A stretch of DNA of 64,000 bases. It comes from Pocillopora damicornis. Lineage: Eukaryota. A program made the translations under genes and the position numbers. Below are positions 48,333 to 60,259 of the stretch, piece after piece (the first letter of the stretch is position 1; every line of letters starts with the position of its first letter). The stretch lies in contig NW_020847248.1 in the NCBI RefSeq assembly GCF_003704095.1, forward strand, positions 1,054,001 through 1,118,000, given 5' to 3'. The notes under the pieces were generated by a model. The model was not told the origin of the DNA. It did no database searches and saw only the letters and a list, made by a program, of their open reading frames with translations.

Positions 48333-51300
48333 ATGGCGGACGAGGTGAGATGGTGACACTAAAATATTTTGGTAGAATTAAGTTGTACCTTGAGTTCGAA
48401 TCTGATTGCTTTTGCTGTAACCTCTAGGCAGAAGGAAAGCACAAAAAGAAGATGAAAAAGAAAGGTGTGTCTGTCGCTGTTGTTGTTATTGTTTTTTTAT
48501 CAGGTGGCATTGTCAAAGAGTCTGAATATACGGTTAACATAATGGCGTGTTTTACCATGGTAAATTTAATTTACGTGTAACCTTAAGCTTTCATGCTACA
48601 CCACCATCCATACTTTCGAAAATCGATATTTAATCGTAAGCTCAGAAATTGTAGTCTATCTTCTTTGAACGCCATCTTTTTTATGAAACTTGGCGTAGTA
48701 GTAGAAGTTATACCGTCTATTGTTGTATTTCTTTGATAAAACTGTCTTCTTAAGTTTAAAATTAAATTTGTGGTAATTCTTAATTTCAGCAAAACACAAG
48801 CTTGGGAAGAGGAGGAGGGATTCATCTCCAGAACAAGAAAACACTGTAGAGTCAAAGATACATAAAACAGATGCCAATGGCACCACGACTACAGGTCAGA
48901 AAAGAGCTCATGTCATACAGATTCACAAGATAGAGGAGGGAATTTCTTTGGCAAGGTGGATATATTGTTGTACTCTGGATCAAAAGGTCTGGGTTTGAGG
49001 GCTGCCAGGGCCATTTGTGTTGCTGTTGTGAATGTTTTTTGGTTTTTTTTTTTTGGTTTTTTTTTTTTTGGGGGGGGGGNNNNNNNNNNACTGTAAATTC
49101 TACTTTGAATTCACAGTACCTCTCCCCACTAAGCAGTATAAATACCTCTTACTAACCTAGTTTCCTCAATTCTTTGAGTAAGTTAAGGAACCTCATTTTT
49201 TTTCCACTCAGATTTGTAGCCTAGGTGGGATGAGCACTGGCCATAAATCAGAGTGGAAAAAATGAGCTTTTCTAATTTACTATACTGACTGAGGAAATAA
49301 GGTTAGGAGGATGTTTATTATATCTCTGGGTTCAAATAAAGGGGAAACAGTACAACTCAAACAAAATTTTGAATTTGGCAGGCCATACAATGAAATGGGA
49401 CCCACTAATCATAGGACACATACTGGTACACATACTGACTGAGAGACAAGACCAATTGATATTAAAATACTACAAGAGAAACTAGATAAATCGGATCAAT
49501 ATCAGTATCTGGGCAACTGCCCACCTACCCCTCCCCGAACTCAACAATAGTCAATTGATAACAACTCAGGGTTAATGTTGGGTTAGGGGAGGGGTAGGTG
49601 GGCAGATACTGATATTGATCTGATAAATCACTGGGGTTGCTTGCAATGATCTAACAACTGTAATACACCTTTTTTTTAAAGCTTCCGCCTCTAACCCTTA
49701 GACCCCTTAGAGAGATTAGCATCTAATTTCTCCTTAAATATCACCCCTAAATCACACATTATGAGCATGAGAATAACAGAAATAATCACCAGTTAAAGGA
49801 GCTCTTGATTTTTAAACAAATATTCCTTGTCAGCACCTTAGGAAAAGTAAAGAGAACAGTATGAAGAATATGCATACTGATTTTGGGGTGTAAAAAAGGT
49901 TAAAAGCTTCTAGTTGAGACAGATTTCTGTTGCAAGAAGCAAGACAGAGCACTGCAATATCTCCTTTGAACAACTGTAATATTCACCCAGGTGCTACAGA
50001 AAGTGGGATAACTGCAAAAGCAACAGGCTACCAGGCTTTTCACTCTTAACCCTTGAACCCCTAACAGTGACAACCATCTGCTTTCTCCTTTTAATATCAC
50101 CCCTGAATTATATACGTTAAGATCATGAGAATAAATGAAATGATCATCAACTAAAGAAACTCTTGATTATTGAACTAATTCTCCTTGTTAGCATCTTTGG
50201 GAAATGTATAAAGAGCATTTTGGAGATTATGCATCCTGATGTTAGGATGTAAAGGGTTAACCTACTCTGAGAGATTCTCAACTGAATGCTTGGAAATCTC
50301 TTACTCTCACAAGGTGTAAACCTGCTTTATTGGTTTTTTTCTGATAGCCACTTGGATCCTGAATTATTCAAAGTGGTAGCCAATTAAAAAAAAAGTTGGT
50401 TGTCATTTTCAAAGACAGCATACAACATTCAAGCTCACCTAAATCCAAGATGGCGTCTACTTATCAATCAAGATGCATGTGCTGCATTTTGGAAACAAAC
50501 TTAACAAGGAAGTTTGCCACAGATTTACCTTTGCAAATCTTTTTAATTCACTATATCTCTTTGTAAGGTTATGATGAAACATTCTAGTCACCAATTTGGT
50601 GACTAATTTTCAGGATTTGGTCACCAAAGTGAAAAATTTAGTCGCCCTGTGGTGTCACACTCACTTTTGATCGGAAACCTGATAGCACTCATAGTGATAC
50701 AGCTGGTTCTCTGTCTAAAGTTTTTTGAAAGCTTTTGTTGAATGTCCTTCAGGTCGTCACTTTACTATCAGTCTTGCCCTCCCAGGCTCTATTCTGGATA
50801 ATGCACAATCACCAGAATTGAGGACATACTTAGCAGGCCAGGTATGGTTAAAGGATATATTGTGCATTTGGTAGAAGACTCCATTAATTTGATTGTAAGA
50901 GATAAAATTTACAAATGTAAAGATACAATTGCAAGTGTCAAATGAATCTAGACAAAAGTAATTATTATTGTATGACAAAGTCCAGATCTCTACTTGAAAT
51001 GAACAATATGACTGTTCAGATTGTTTTTTGCCAATGTAGTGTAAGTTTGCAATGACTTTGTGTGAAGAAAGACTACATGTAAAGGCTACGTGTAAATTGC
51101 AACTGACCTTCATAAATGATCCAAATTTTGTTCACTCTAACAATGGAGTATAAGAAGGCTTACAACTATCCTGACTACTCCTTTACAAGCTTTTTAAAAC
51201 ATAATTTCTTGCCTCAGACACTAGATTTTTATGGTATACAAGCTGACACAAAATAAAACTGTTACCCATTCTTGATGAGGAATTTACTGTTCAGTTGTGT

Positions 51301-53691
51301 TTCCCTTGCTCTAAGTGTTATACAAATGTGGGCTGATATAACTATTGGTGTTTTGCCATAGATTGCTCGTGCTCTAGCAGTTTTCAGTATAGATGAAGTT
51401 GTCGTCTTTGATGAGTCAGGAAAAGCTAAGATTGAATCTAGCAGTGGATTAAACCACAAATCAGACCCCAATATTTTGCTGGCAAGGATACTTCAATATC
51501 TGGAATGTCCCCAGTACCTCAGAAAAGACTTCTTTCCAANNNNNNNNNNNNNNNNNNNNNNNNNNNNNNNNNNNNNNNNNNNNNNNNNNNNNNNNNNNNN
51601 NNNNNNNNNNNNNNNNNNNNNNNNNNNNNNNNNNNNNNNATGCATAAAAGCAGAAATAGCTATTTGGGAGAAGAATGCATTAGGTCCATGTAATTATAGG
51701 AAATTATAGTTGTAATTTTTCTTGCAGTCATTTTCGGCAAAAGTTTAACTCTTCACACCCTAACATCAGTATGCATATTCTTCATACCGTTCTTTACAGA
51801 TTTCCTAAGCTGCTGAAAAGGAGAATCTAATTAAAAATCAAGAACCTTTTTAGCCAGTGATCATTCACTTTATTCTTGTGGATGTGTGATTCTTTCTCCT
51901 GTCCTGGAATGCAGTTTCTCCAAACCACCAGTACTTATTGTACATATAATCATGTTTGATTGAAAATAACTTTTTTACAAATCAAATTTGCACAATAAAT
52001 GTACCTAAAGTTTGGCAATACTAGATCATCTACCATAGTGCCCCTCTCTGAAGCTCCTATCGTGACATCATAACCATCTTTGTATGGACTCTGTGTAAAC
52101 ACTGCTCCAAAAGATGGTGCCAGTCTCACAGTATATCCCCAGTACAGGCCTTGCTCTGTTCTGGGGGCACTGGGAGACACCACTGTTCCAGTATAAAACT
52201 TTGTGCCTGTTAAATTTTTAGCAGAAAAATAAACACAGACAAAATTTCACCCTTGTTTAGTGTACTTGCTCATTTTTGAATTTTTTATTCAAATACCAAA
52301 CACAACATTTATGGGAAGAGTACCTCCTACACATGTTTCCATGCAGTGTTACTTTAATTCAGATCTGGCTTATTTGCCATGTGATTGAGATGACTGCAAA
52401 GAACAAAGTAAGGGTGCATGTGTATTTTTCATAGATGGTTCTAGCTTACATGTCATCTGAATGGTCTGTTCAGCTCTTTAGAGAATCAATCAAATTAAAT
52501 GTTTATTTTTTTAGAAAAAAAGTTGAAGATGAGATGGTCCAATGGTTAGCTCCCTGGGCCCAGCTGTTCACTTAGTGCACTAGCTCAAGATTAAATTTAA
52601 ACTTGGGCTTGTTTATTTCTTTGTTCAAATGCCTTTTTGGGACTATTTTTTGTGTTCTTTTTAGAGCATCAAATAATCAAATTACAGATGAAGAGAATTG
52701 GACTGAATTTTCTTTTGAAGCTTTCAAATCTGAAACCAGAATTCACACTAACCCTGGGTTATCTTAACCCAGCTTTGAACAACCCAGCCCTGAACNNNNN
52801 NNNNNNNNNNNNNNNNNNNNNNNNNNNNNNNNNNNNNNNNNNNNNNNNNNNNNNNNNNNNNNNNNNNNNNNNNNNNNNNNNNNNNNNNNNNNNNNGGGCT
52901 GGGTTGTTCAAAGCTGGGTTAAGATAACCCAGGGTTAGTGTGAAATCTGGTTTCAGATTTGAAAGCTTTAAAAGAAAATTCAGTCCAATTCTCTTCATCT
53001 ATAATTTGATTATTTGATGCTCTAAAAAGAACAAAGAAAATAGTCCCAAAAAGGCATTTGAACAAAGAAATAAACAAGCCCAGATTTAAATTAATCTTGA
53101 GTTAGTGCACTTAGTGAACAGCTAACCATTGGACCATCTCATCTTTAACTTTTTTCTCTTAAAAAAATAAACATTTAATTTGATTGATTCTCTAAAGAGT
53201 TGGACAGACCATCCAGATGACATATAAGCTAGAACCGTCTATGAAAAATACACATGCACCCTTACTCTGTGCTTTGCAGTCATCTCAATCATATGGCAAA
53301 TAAGCCAGATCTGAATTAAAGTAACACTGCATGGAAACATGTGTAGNNNNNNNNNNNNNNNNNNNNNNNNNNNNNNNNNNNNNNNNNNNNNNNNNNNNNN
53401 NNNNNNNNNNNNNNNNNNNNNNNNNNNNNNNNNNNNNNNNNNNNNNNNNNNNNNNNNNNNNNNNNNNNNNNNNNNNNNNNNNNNNNNNNNNNNNNNNNNN
53501 NNNNNNNNNNNNNNNNNNNNNNNNNNNNNNNNNNNNNNNNNNNNNNNNNNNNNNNNNNNNNNNNNNNNNNNNNNNNNNNNNNNNNNNGGAGCAGTGTTTA
53601 CACAGAGTCCATACAAAGATGGTTATGATGTCACGATAGGAACTTCAGAGAGGGGCACTATGGTAGATGATCTAGTTTTGCCAAATTTTAG
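48333..53691 (+). CDS. SPOUT1: SPOUT-domain RNA methyltransferase 1 (C9orf114/CENP-32), partial, interrupted by gaps
   Basis: Exons 48333-48344, 48428-48464, 48790-48894, 50753-50841 (GRHFTISLALPGSILDNAQSPELRTYLAGQ), 51362-51539+gap (IARALAVFSIDEVVVFDE...LARILQYLECPQYLRKDFFP), gap+53588-53691 (GYDVTIGTSERG). Middle and 3' exons are not visible. Confidence 0.9.
49492..49622. mobile_element. Palindromic MITE with 6-bp TSD ATAAAT
   Basis: ataaat|cggatcaatatcagtatctg..gcccacctacccctcccc ... ggggaggggtaggtgggcagatactgatattgatctg|ataaat. Confidence 0.88.
52005..52206 (-). CDS. SPOUT1: SPOUT1 internal exon in inverted orientation (probably a mis-oriented allelic contig)
   Basis: TKFYTGTVVSPSAPRTEQGLYWGYTVRLAPSFGAVFTQSPYKDGYDVTIGASERGTMVDDLVLPNFR with AG/GT boundaries on -. 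Confidence 0.8.
52556..52790. mobile_element. MITE with gggcccagctgttca / tgaacaacccagccc termini (mirrored at 52896-53122)
   Basis: Imperfect TIRs and an internal palindrome aaccctgggttatcttaacccag. Confidence 0.7.
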
Positions 53692-55764
53692 GTACATTTA
53701 GTGTACAAATTTGATTTGTAAAAAAGTTATTATCAATCAAACATGATTAGATGTACAATAACTACTGGTGGTTTGGAGAAACTGCATTCCAGGACAGGAG
53801 AAAGAATCACACATTCACAAGAATAAAGTGAATGATCACTGACTAAAAAGGTTCTTGATAGTTAATTAGATTCTCCTTCTCAGCAGCTCAGGAAATCTGT
53901 AGAGAACGGTATGAAGAGTATGCATACTGATGTTAGAGTGTGAAGGGTTAAAACTTTTGCCGAAAATGACTGCAAGAAAAATTACAACTATAATTTCCTA
54001 TATTTACATGGACCTAATGCATTCTTCTCCCAAATAGCTATTTCTGCTTTTATGCATNNNNNNNNNNNNNNNNNNNNNNNNNNNNNNNNNNNNNNNNNNN
54101 NNNNNNNNNNNNNNNNNNNNNNNNNNNNNNNNNNNNNNNNNNNNNNNNNNNNNNNNNGTCAAGGATGGGTGCTCAGATATTTTTGGTCCGCTCGCATAAT
54201 TTATCTTTGGTCGAGTACGTCGAGCTTCGTGGACCTAATCGTGTTTTTGATATATCTATCAAGTACCTAAGAAGGAACTTCATTTGTAAACAAATCCGGC
54301 GACTCAGAGGTTGTACGCATCTAAAATGGCTTCGTGTCTGTCTCGCTGGTGCAATAACGCTTGGAACAAAGTAAGGAATATTTGTCGTCAGCTTAAGGAG
54401 CGACAACAACAAGGCAAGTATTTCAATGCTGTAAATAGGAGTGGGTTGCTAGATTTAGAAAAGAAAACAATTTTGTCTGTCTCATCGGCAGCTTTTTTAA
54501 CAGCTGTTTCTCCGTCAATAGACCTTTACTTAGATTTGGAGGTTGCTTGAAAAATGTTTTGTAAGATATATCATTGAAGAAAGTGATGAACCTTAAGGCA
54601 AAGTAAAAGTGCCATAAGGAAGAAGCGATAAAGGCTTAAACATTTTGTTCATCAGTCTTGTCTATATAAAACAGCATTAAATGTACTAGTAGTCATGCAT
54701 GAACTGCCCTTGAATGTGTATAAGTTCCATTATGATTTAAAATTTGCTTTTTGGAATTTCCATACCATTTTGACAGCAACGAACAGTATGAACCCACAGG
54801 CAGACCACACCATGTGATCGTAGATAATAATTGTTGACATAAGACGAACAAAATCTATGAGGGTTGTGAATAAAGCTCAGAAAATTGCACATCTACATTA
54901 CATCTCGGTCTGAATATCTGAATACAATTGTAAAGTTAAGTGAAATTTTAATCGACGCATTTGTGTTTTTTTCGCCCCTCATGCGCCGTTTGAAAAGTTT
55001 TCTTACGAAATTTCAAAATGCGTGTACAAAGAGATGTACCGCCAGTTACAGTGTTGCATTTCCTCACCGGAGGAACGACCAGGCAAGTCTTAATGCATAT
55101 AAACGTTTAAATCAAAAGACAAGTTTTATAATGCAACTCGGAGGAACAGATCGACACATAACAGCTTATTTGAATAACGTGTTGCAAAGTGAAACGAAGC
55201 TTCTGAAGTTGCGATGCACAAAGTTTCAGATGACCTCCGTATTCTAAAAATCTATAGGACAGTTTTTTCCTGTTGCCGAAGTCTGAGTATTTTATGAAAT
55301 ACGCTGTCTTTCATGTGGCATCCCTGACAGAAGCAAATGTATTGTCCCTCGTTACTGTGCTCCTCTGAAGTGTGAAATATATGTAAAGTATGTTCAATGC
55401 CGAAATTCGCTTCTCAATAACAATAAATGTCTGTACCAGAACTATCGAAATATCCTACGTCTCTTCAGACACATATATTGGATATTTAATTAGAGAAAAA
55501 AATTTATAGGAGGTGCGTCAAAAATCTGGGCGCTTCGAACATCAAATTAAACGTTCCCCTAGCTTAAGTCGAAATAAAGAAACTTCTTAAATAACTACTT
55601 TTCTCTATTTCAAGCGGCGGCAGTAACCTTCAGCTCGCTGTTTTGCTAAACAAAATCATTCATCGTGAAGTAGATAACAAAATTTGTATAACAAAAAGTC
55701 GAAACACTACTAACCGCAAAGGAAACGCGCGCTGTGGAGATATAGCAAATAGGGGGGTTATATG

Positions 55765-55798
55765 CGTTCGTGTTCTAGCGTTAGCCTTTCGTCAGAGA
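55765..55798 (-). repeat. Degenerate hammerhead-repeat fragment
   Basis: Minus strand ctCTGACGAaaggctaacgctaGAAC. Confidence 0.55.
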
Positions 55799-58700
55799 CC
55801 AAACAACGCCTGCTGGAGAGTACTACGGATTTGAATTTGAATTAACCTTCCTGAGTAGTCGAAACTGTTTTGAAATGTCTCTTTTTTTAATCATGGTTAG
55901 AAGTTTTTCATGTTAAGGTTACCATTGTGATTTTAGTCAAGGGTCAAGTTGGGTTTCCTGATTACCGTCTTGCTTGCTCTGTATGTTCTGGTTGTCCGAT
56001 TTTTGGAACTTGAATGTTCTATCTGAAGTGGCCGTGTTAGGTACTTTGTTACGATTCTAAAGCCAGAAAGGAGCGCGACCCTGAGTTTGTACTACTAAGT
56101 AGTTTGTCCTTGACTTTAATAAGTCTTGATTCTCAACAAGAGCAAATATTTCTCCCTTGTTCTAAAACAATAAAAACGTTCATCGGCGGTCATGTTTGGG
56201 TTTGTCTTCTGACCTGGCTTTGTATCTACGCCAAAGTACTTGAACATTAGGCTTTTGATCGGGGAGAATGAAGTTATTTTAGTTTTTGGGTCAATGTCTC
56301 AGTCAAGAAGTGTAATTCTTTAAGGTCTATCGGCTCGTATCTATCGGCTCGTATCCTACGTATGTTTAGCTCAAACATAATTTCTTACCCAATGACAAGG
56401 AACTGTAACAGAGCTGATGTAGCGCAAAATTATACAGTGTTCATGATGTTCTTCATACTAATATCCGATCCGTATAATTCCTTGGAAGCACTTGTAGTAC
56501 GTTGCCGGTACAATGGTATCTCAAAGTTTCTAATAATTCTAATTGCCGTTTAGAAACAGGAGAGATGGAGTTGGTGGGTGGGTATAAGTGTACAAGTCCC
56601 TCCCACCTCTGAAGAAATTTTCTGTGCTCACTATGCCTCACAATTAATGGGCATAGAGCCAGTACCGCTTAACTCTTCGAAACAGTTTAGATTTTCGATA
56701 ATGGCTGACCCATCCAACATTTTTATCAGGTGAAAATGGATATCCTAATCATGTCTGTTTAGATTTGAACATGCTCTAGTTTTGTGGTTACACTCAGAGT
56801 GTTTGAATTCTAAGTCAAGGAACTGAGCCCCAACATGTTCCACATCACTAGTCTAGTTAAGCAGCTTCTTTGAGAACATGCTGAGGCTCAGGATATTTCG
56901 GCCTATTTCCTGCGACATACTGAAGAAACTACAAAGTGAAGAAAACCAATGCGGACTTTAAGCCTAGAAAGATGAAAATACATTATGAAAATGCAACAAT
57001 TAGGGATGACTAATAAAGGATAACAAAGGTCTAAAATCAATTGCGAACGAAGAACTTGAGTCAGTATCCACGTAACTTGATTTAGCACCATCATCATACT
57101 TACAGAGTGGAAAAAATTTGCTATGGCAATATAATCCGCATCTTATACATGGTGCAAAAAAAAAGAATTTTTCGCGATCATTTTCAGTCTTGTCATTGTT
57201 CTGAATCTATTTTTTCTGTGGACCGTTCAGCAAAAGCGACATCAACAAAATTGGTAACGTGTTCAAGAACAAAGGGATCAAGGACTCGATCCATGACGGC
57301 TGTTGACCTTATGCGTGGGTTTGCAAATTTCTCAGTTGAATCCTTCTGAAAAACAACATGAGATCTATGTCTTCTGGGCAATTTTTTAGAGCGGGAAGCC
57401 AAAAGGGCGAGTTTTTCACACGCAGCACTACACCTCCCATCGTGTGAAGAAGGAATTTGACGCAAATGGAAGCGGTGAACCATCGAGCTATTCGATATTT
57501 CTTAAAGAAATAAACCATGCTCACGATTTGATCAAACTTTTTCTTCTTCTTTTAATTGAATGAAGAACCTCCTTTTTTTTTAATTTAAACTTACCTTTCT
57601 CTCATAGAGAGTAAGTTAGGTTTAAAGATCTCATTAATTAACGGTGTGGCGTGGTAACTTATTGCAACAGGTTCACTTCGCACTGAAATGTCTACCTCGT
57701 TGAATTTTTTGTTTCCAAAAAGATTAATTTTTGAAAGTTATGCTTACTTCTACGCATGATCAGAATAAACAGTCAATAATCTTTTGCGAGCCTAGGCAGG
57801 TCACCTCAAAGCAATTTGATTGCCATAAAGTGACCAACTGAGATTTGAAAATTTAAAATCATTCAGCAGTGCTGTTGTGGGCCTCGACAACGCCTGACGT
57901 ATCTATGTAGCTGGTTTTGTTCTCGCACAAAGACAAGTTTCCTCGCATAGTCACCGAAGTGCGATTTTAATTTATTCATTAAAATTCAGGATGAAACAAG
58001 CGAACCAAGAAACTTTGTTTTGATCTATTTGCATTACTGACGAAAATTTGTTTATCATTTGACGCTTTGAACTGAATAATACATGAGACACGCAGCATTA
58101 AATATATTGACAGAGCTGAACTTTGTAACGGCAGCCTGCAGTTGTTCTGTCGTTGGTTACAGGAGAAAACTGGTGACTAAAGGTATGGCCGTATGATTGC
58201 CAATCAATCTGCCAATTTTTGAGGCAGATAATAAATCGAACAGATAGCGAAAGTAAAACTCTATAGTTATCTCGATTGTCCAAAATTAATGAAGAAATTT
58301 TGTAGTTTTCCGGCTTCTTAACAGCGGTGGTCTGTGGTGGAATGAATCAAATCTACAATTTTTCTCACAGCAGCGTAAACGTAAGGCCTAATCCGCACTT
58401 CAACATTTATAAAAAGTGACCTGTTTAACTTGACATCTTTAATCACCGTCATAGCAAGGATGGCCGTTTTCTCTCCACTCACAACAGTAATACGGATCCT
58501 TACCGTAACATATTTCCCATCCTTCCCGCTCGCCTTCTTGAACTGGAGGAGGTAACCCTTCAATAGAACCAAGAGTAGATCGCAAAAAATTCAAGTAAGA
58601 ACGCCTGATCCAAAAGCTCAGGAGTATCACGCAAACCGATGGAAAAATAACCATTCCAATAGCCATCTCGCCTTGATCCAACAAGAAACAACAGCTAAAT

Positions 58701-60259
58701 GACGGGAAATGGAACAAATCACGTGTCGTGTGCCAAAATTTATGTGAGCGTTTCATTGCCGTAGGCTATAGAACTTGAGAACCTAAATTTGGAGGACACG
58801 CTCTGACACATTTTCTTTTTTTTCAACCCCGGAAAAGAAAAAACAAAACAAAACAAACAGAACAAAACCCACTCACGCGTAGATTACCGGACGACTATCA
58901 ACCGTCACTAAGAATATACTTAGACGGTTAAAACTTAATTGTTGATAGGATTAAAGTAAAAATATAAGTTATGTTGCAATATTCTATCAAAAAGGAAAAA
59001 AGTCCAAAATTTTCGATTTGGCACTTTCGTATTTTTTTATGTTAAAAAATAGTGAAAATCAAAAATTGACATCAATTTTCAATTTTTGATTTTAAACCAA
59101 AATTGAATGGACGAATGACACACGGACCAGTAACAACAATTTTTCTTCACGATGCTTACATCTTGAAAATTTTGCTAGCAGTTCCAAGATTATCATTGGC
59201 AGTTCGTTTAAGTCTGGTTATCCTAAGTTACCCTTGTTTCATTTTTATTTGCGCTTACCACATTGCTACCTGTGACAAGGGAACAGGCAAGGAAAAAAAG
59301 GAAAAATTATTCCATGCAGGATGCTCATCGTACGTTCCAATGCATGTTGTACGTTTTTTTCCCAAATTTGTTAATGTATTATTTGCAATCCGAGAAAACA
59401 TTCTTTACCCTTAATTTTGTACATTCCTTTTTTGACTCGTGAATTGCGTGCATGTGCAAGAGCGAGTTGTAGGTATGCTGTGGAGAATGGCGCTCGCTCG
59501 CTCGATTGGTCGATTGCTGTAAACTTTTTTTCGATTTTAGGCTTTTGAGTGCATATGATAATTTTTGGCGAGTAATTGACAAACGAAATGGCGACCTTTG
59601 TTGCTAGGAATAGTGGTGGGGTGAAAAAGAAGCCAATGATAATATTAAAAGAGTTTATATTTTTTCTTTTTAGTTTCAACAAGCAGCGCCAGCGACTGGC
59701 AGGCGTGCGAGGATTCACACTGGAATAAGAGAACAACCTTCGTTTTTCATAAAATTGTAATTTACAATCCTAGAACTTGAAACAATCCGAAGATTCATTA
59801 AAAATATCACTCACTCCGAAGCGATCGGAGTTTACAGGTGTTCAAAAGCTTTTTCTGCTATGGCGTGAGATTTGGGACAAAATCGATCATTTTTTTCTTC
59901 AGGGATTTGTCTGCTGACGTCATGAGCGTGCACAATAAGAATAGGAAGCACACTCGCGCAATTGAATTTGATTAGACAAATTTACTAGCTATGTTATAAA
60001 TAACATTGAATATAATCCAAATAATCATGGAAGTCATCTGTCAATTCATGAGTTTGCTCGTAGAGCACTTTGATTGGAATGTTGTACCTACGACCCCGCA
60101 AGTGTTTTGTATGTGTCCCATCCTGAACAACCGACCGGTTCTCTGCTTCTGGACGATGGATACATTGGATCCATGTTCTGACGGTGATATAAATAATGAT
60201 GTGAGCTCACTCTATGTACAAATAATCGAAAAGAATTTTTCGTTTTTTAATTAATTTCA

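Larger units (their letters stand above)
51640..54057. repeat. ~1.15-kb inverted duplication (51640-52795 vs 52896-54057) bounded by N gaps
   Basis: The arms are near reverse complements with scattered SNPs and indels. ~100-N gaps lie at both ends and in the centre. Confidence 0.92.

Noticed and set aside
52637-54270. ORFs spanning poly-X stretches
   Set aside because: Artefacts of N gaps.
57020-57300. Death-domain-like pseudogene (LD...WKKFA motif across frames)
   Set aside because: Needs several frameshifts and stop read-throughs, and the similarity is too weak to support by eye.
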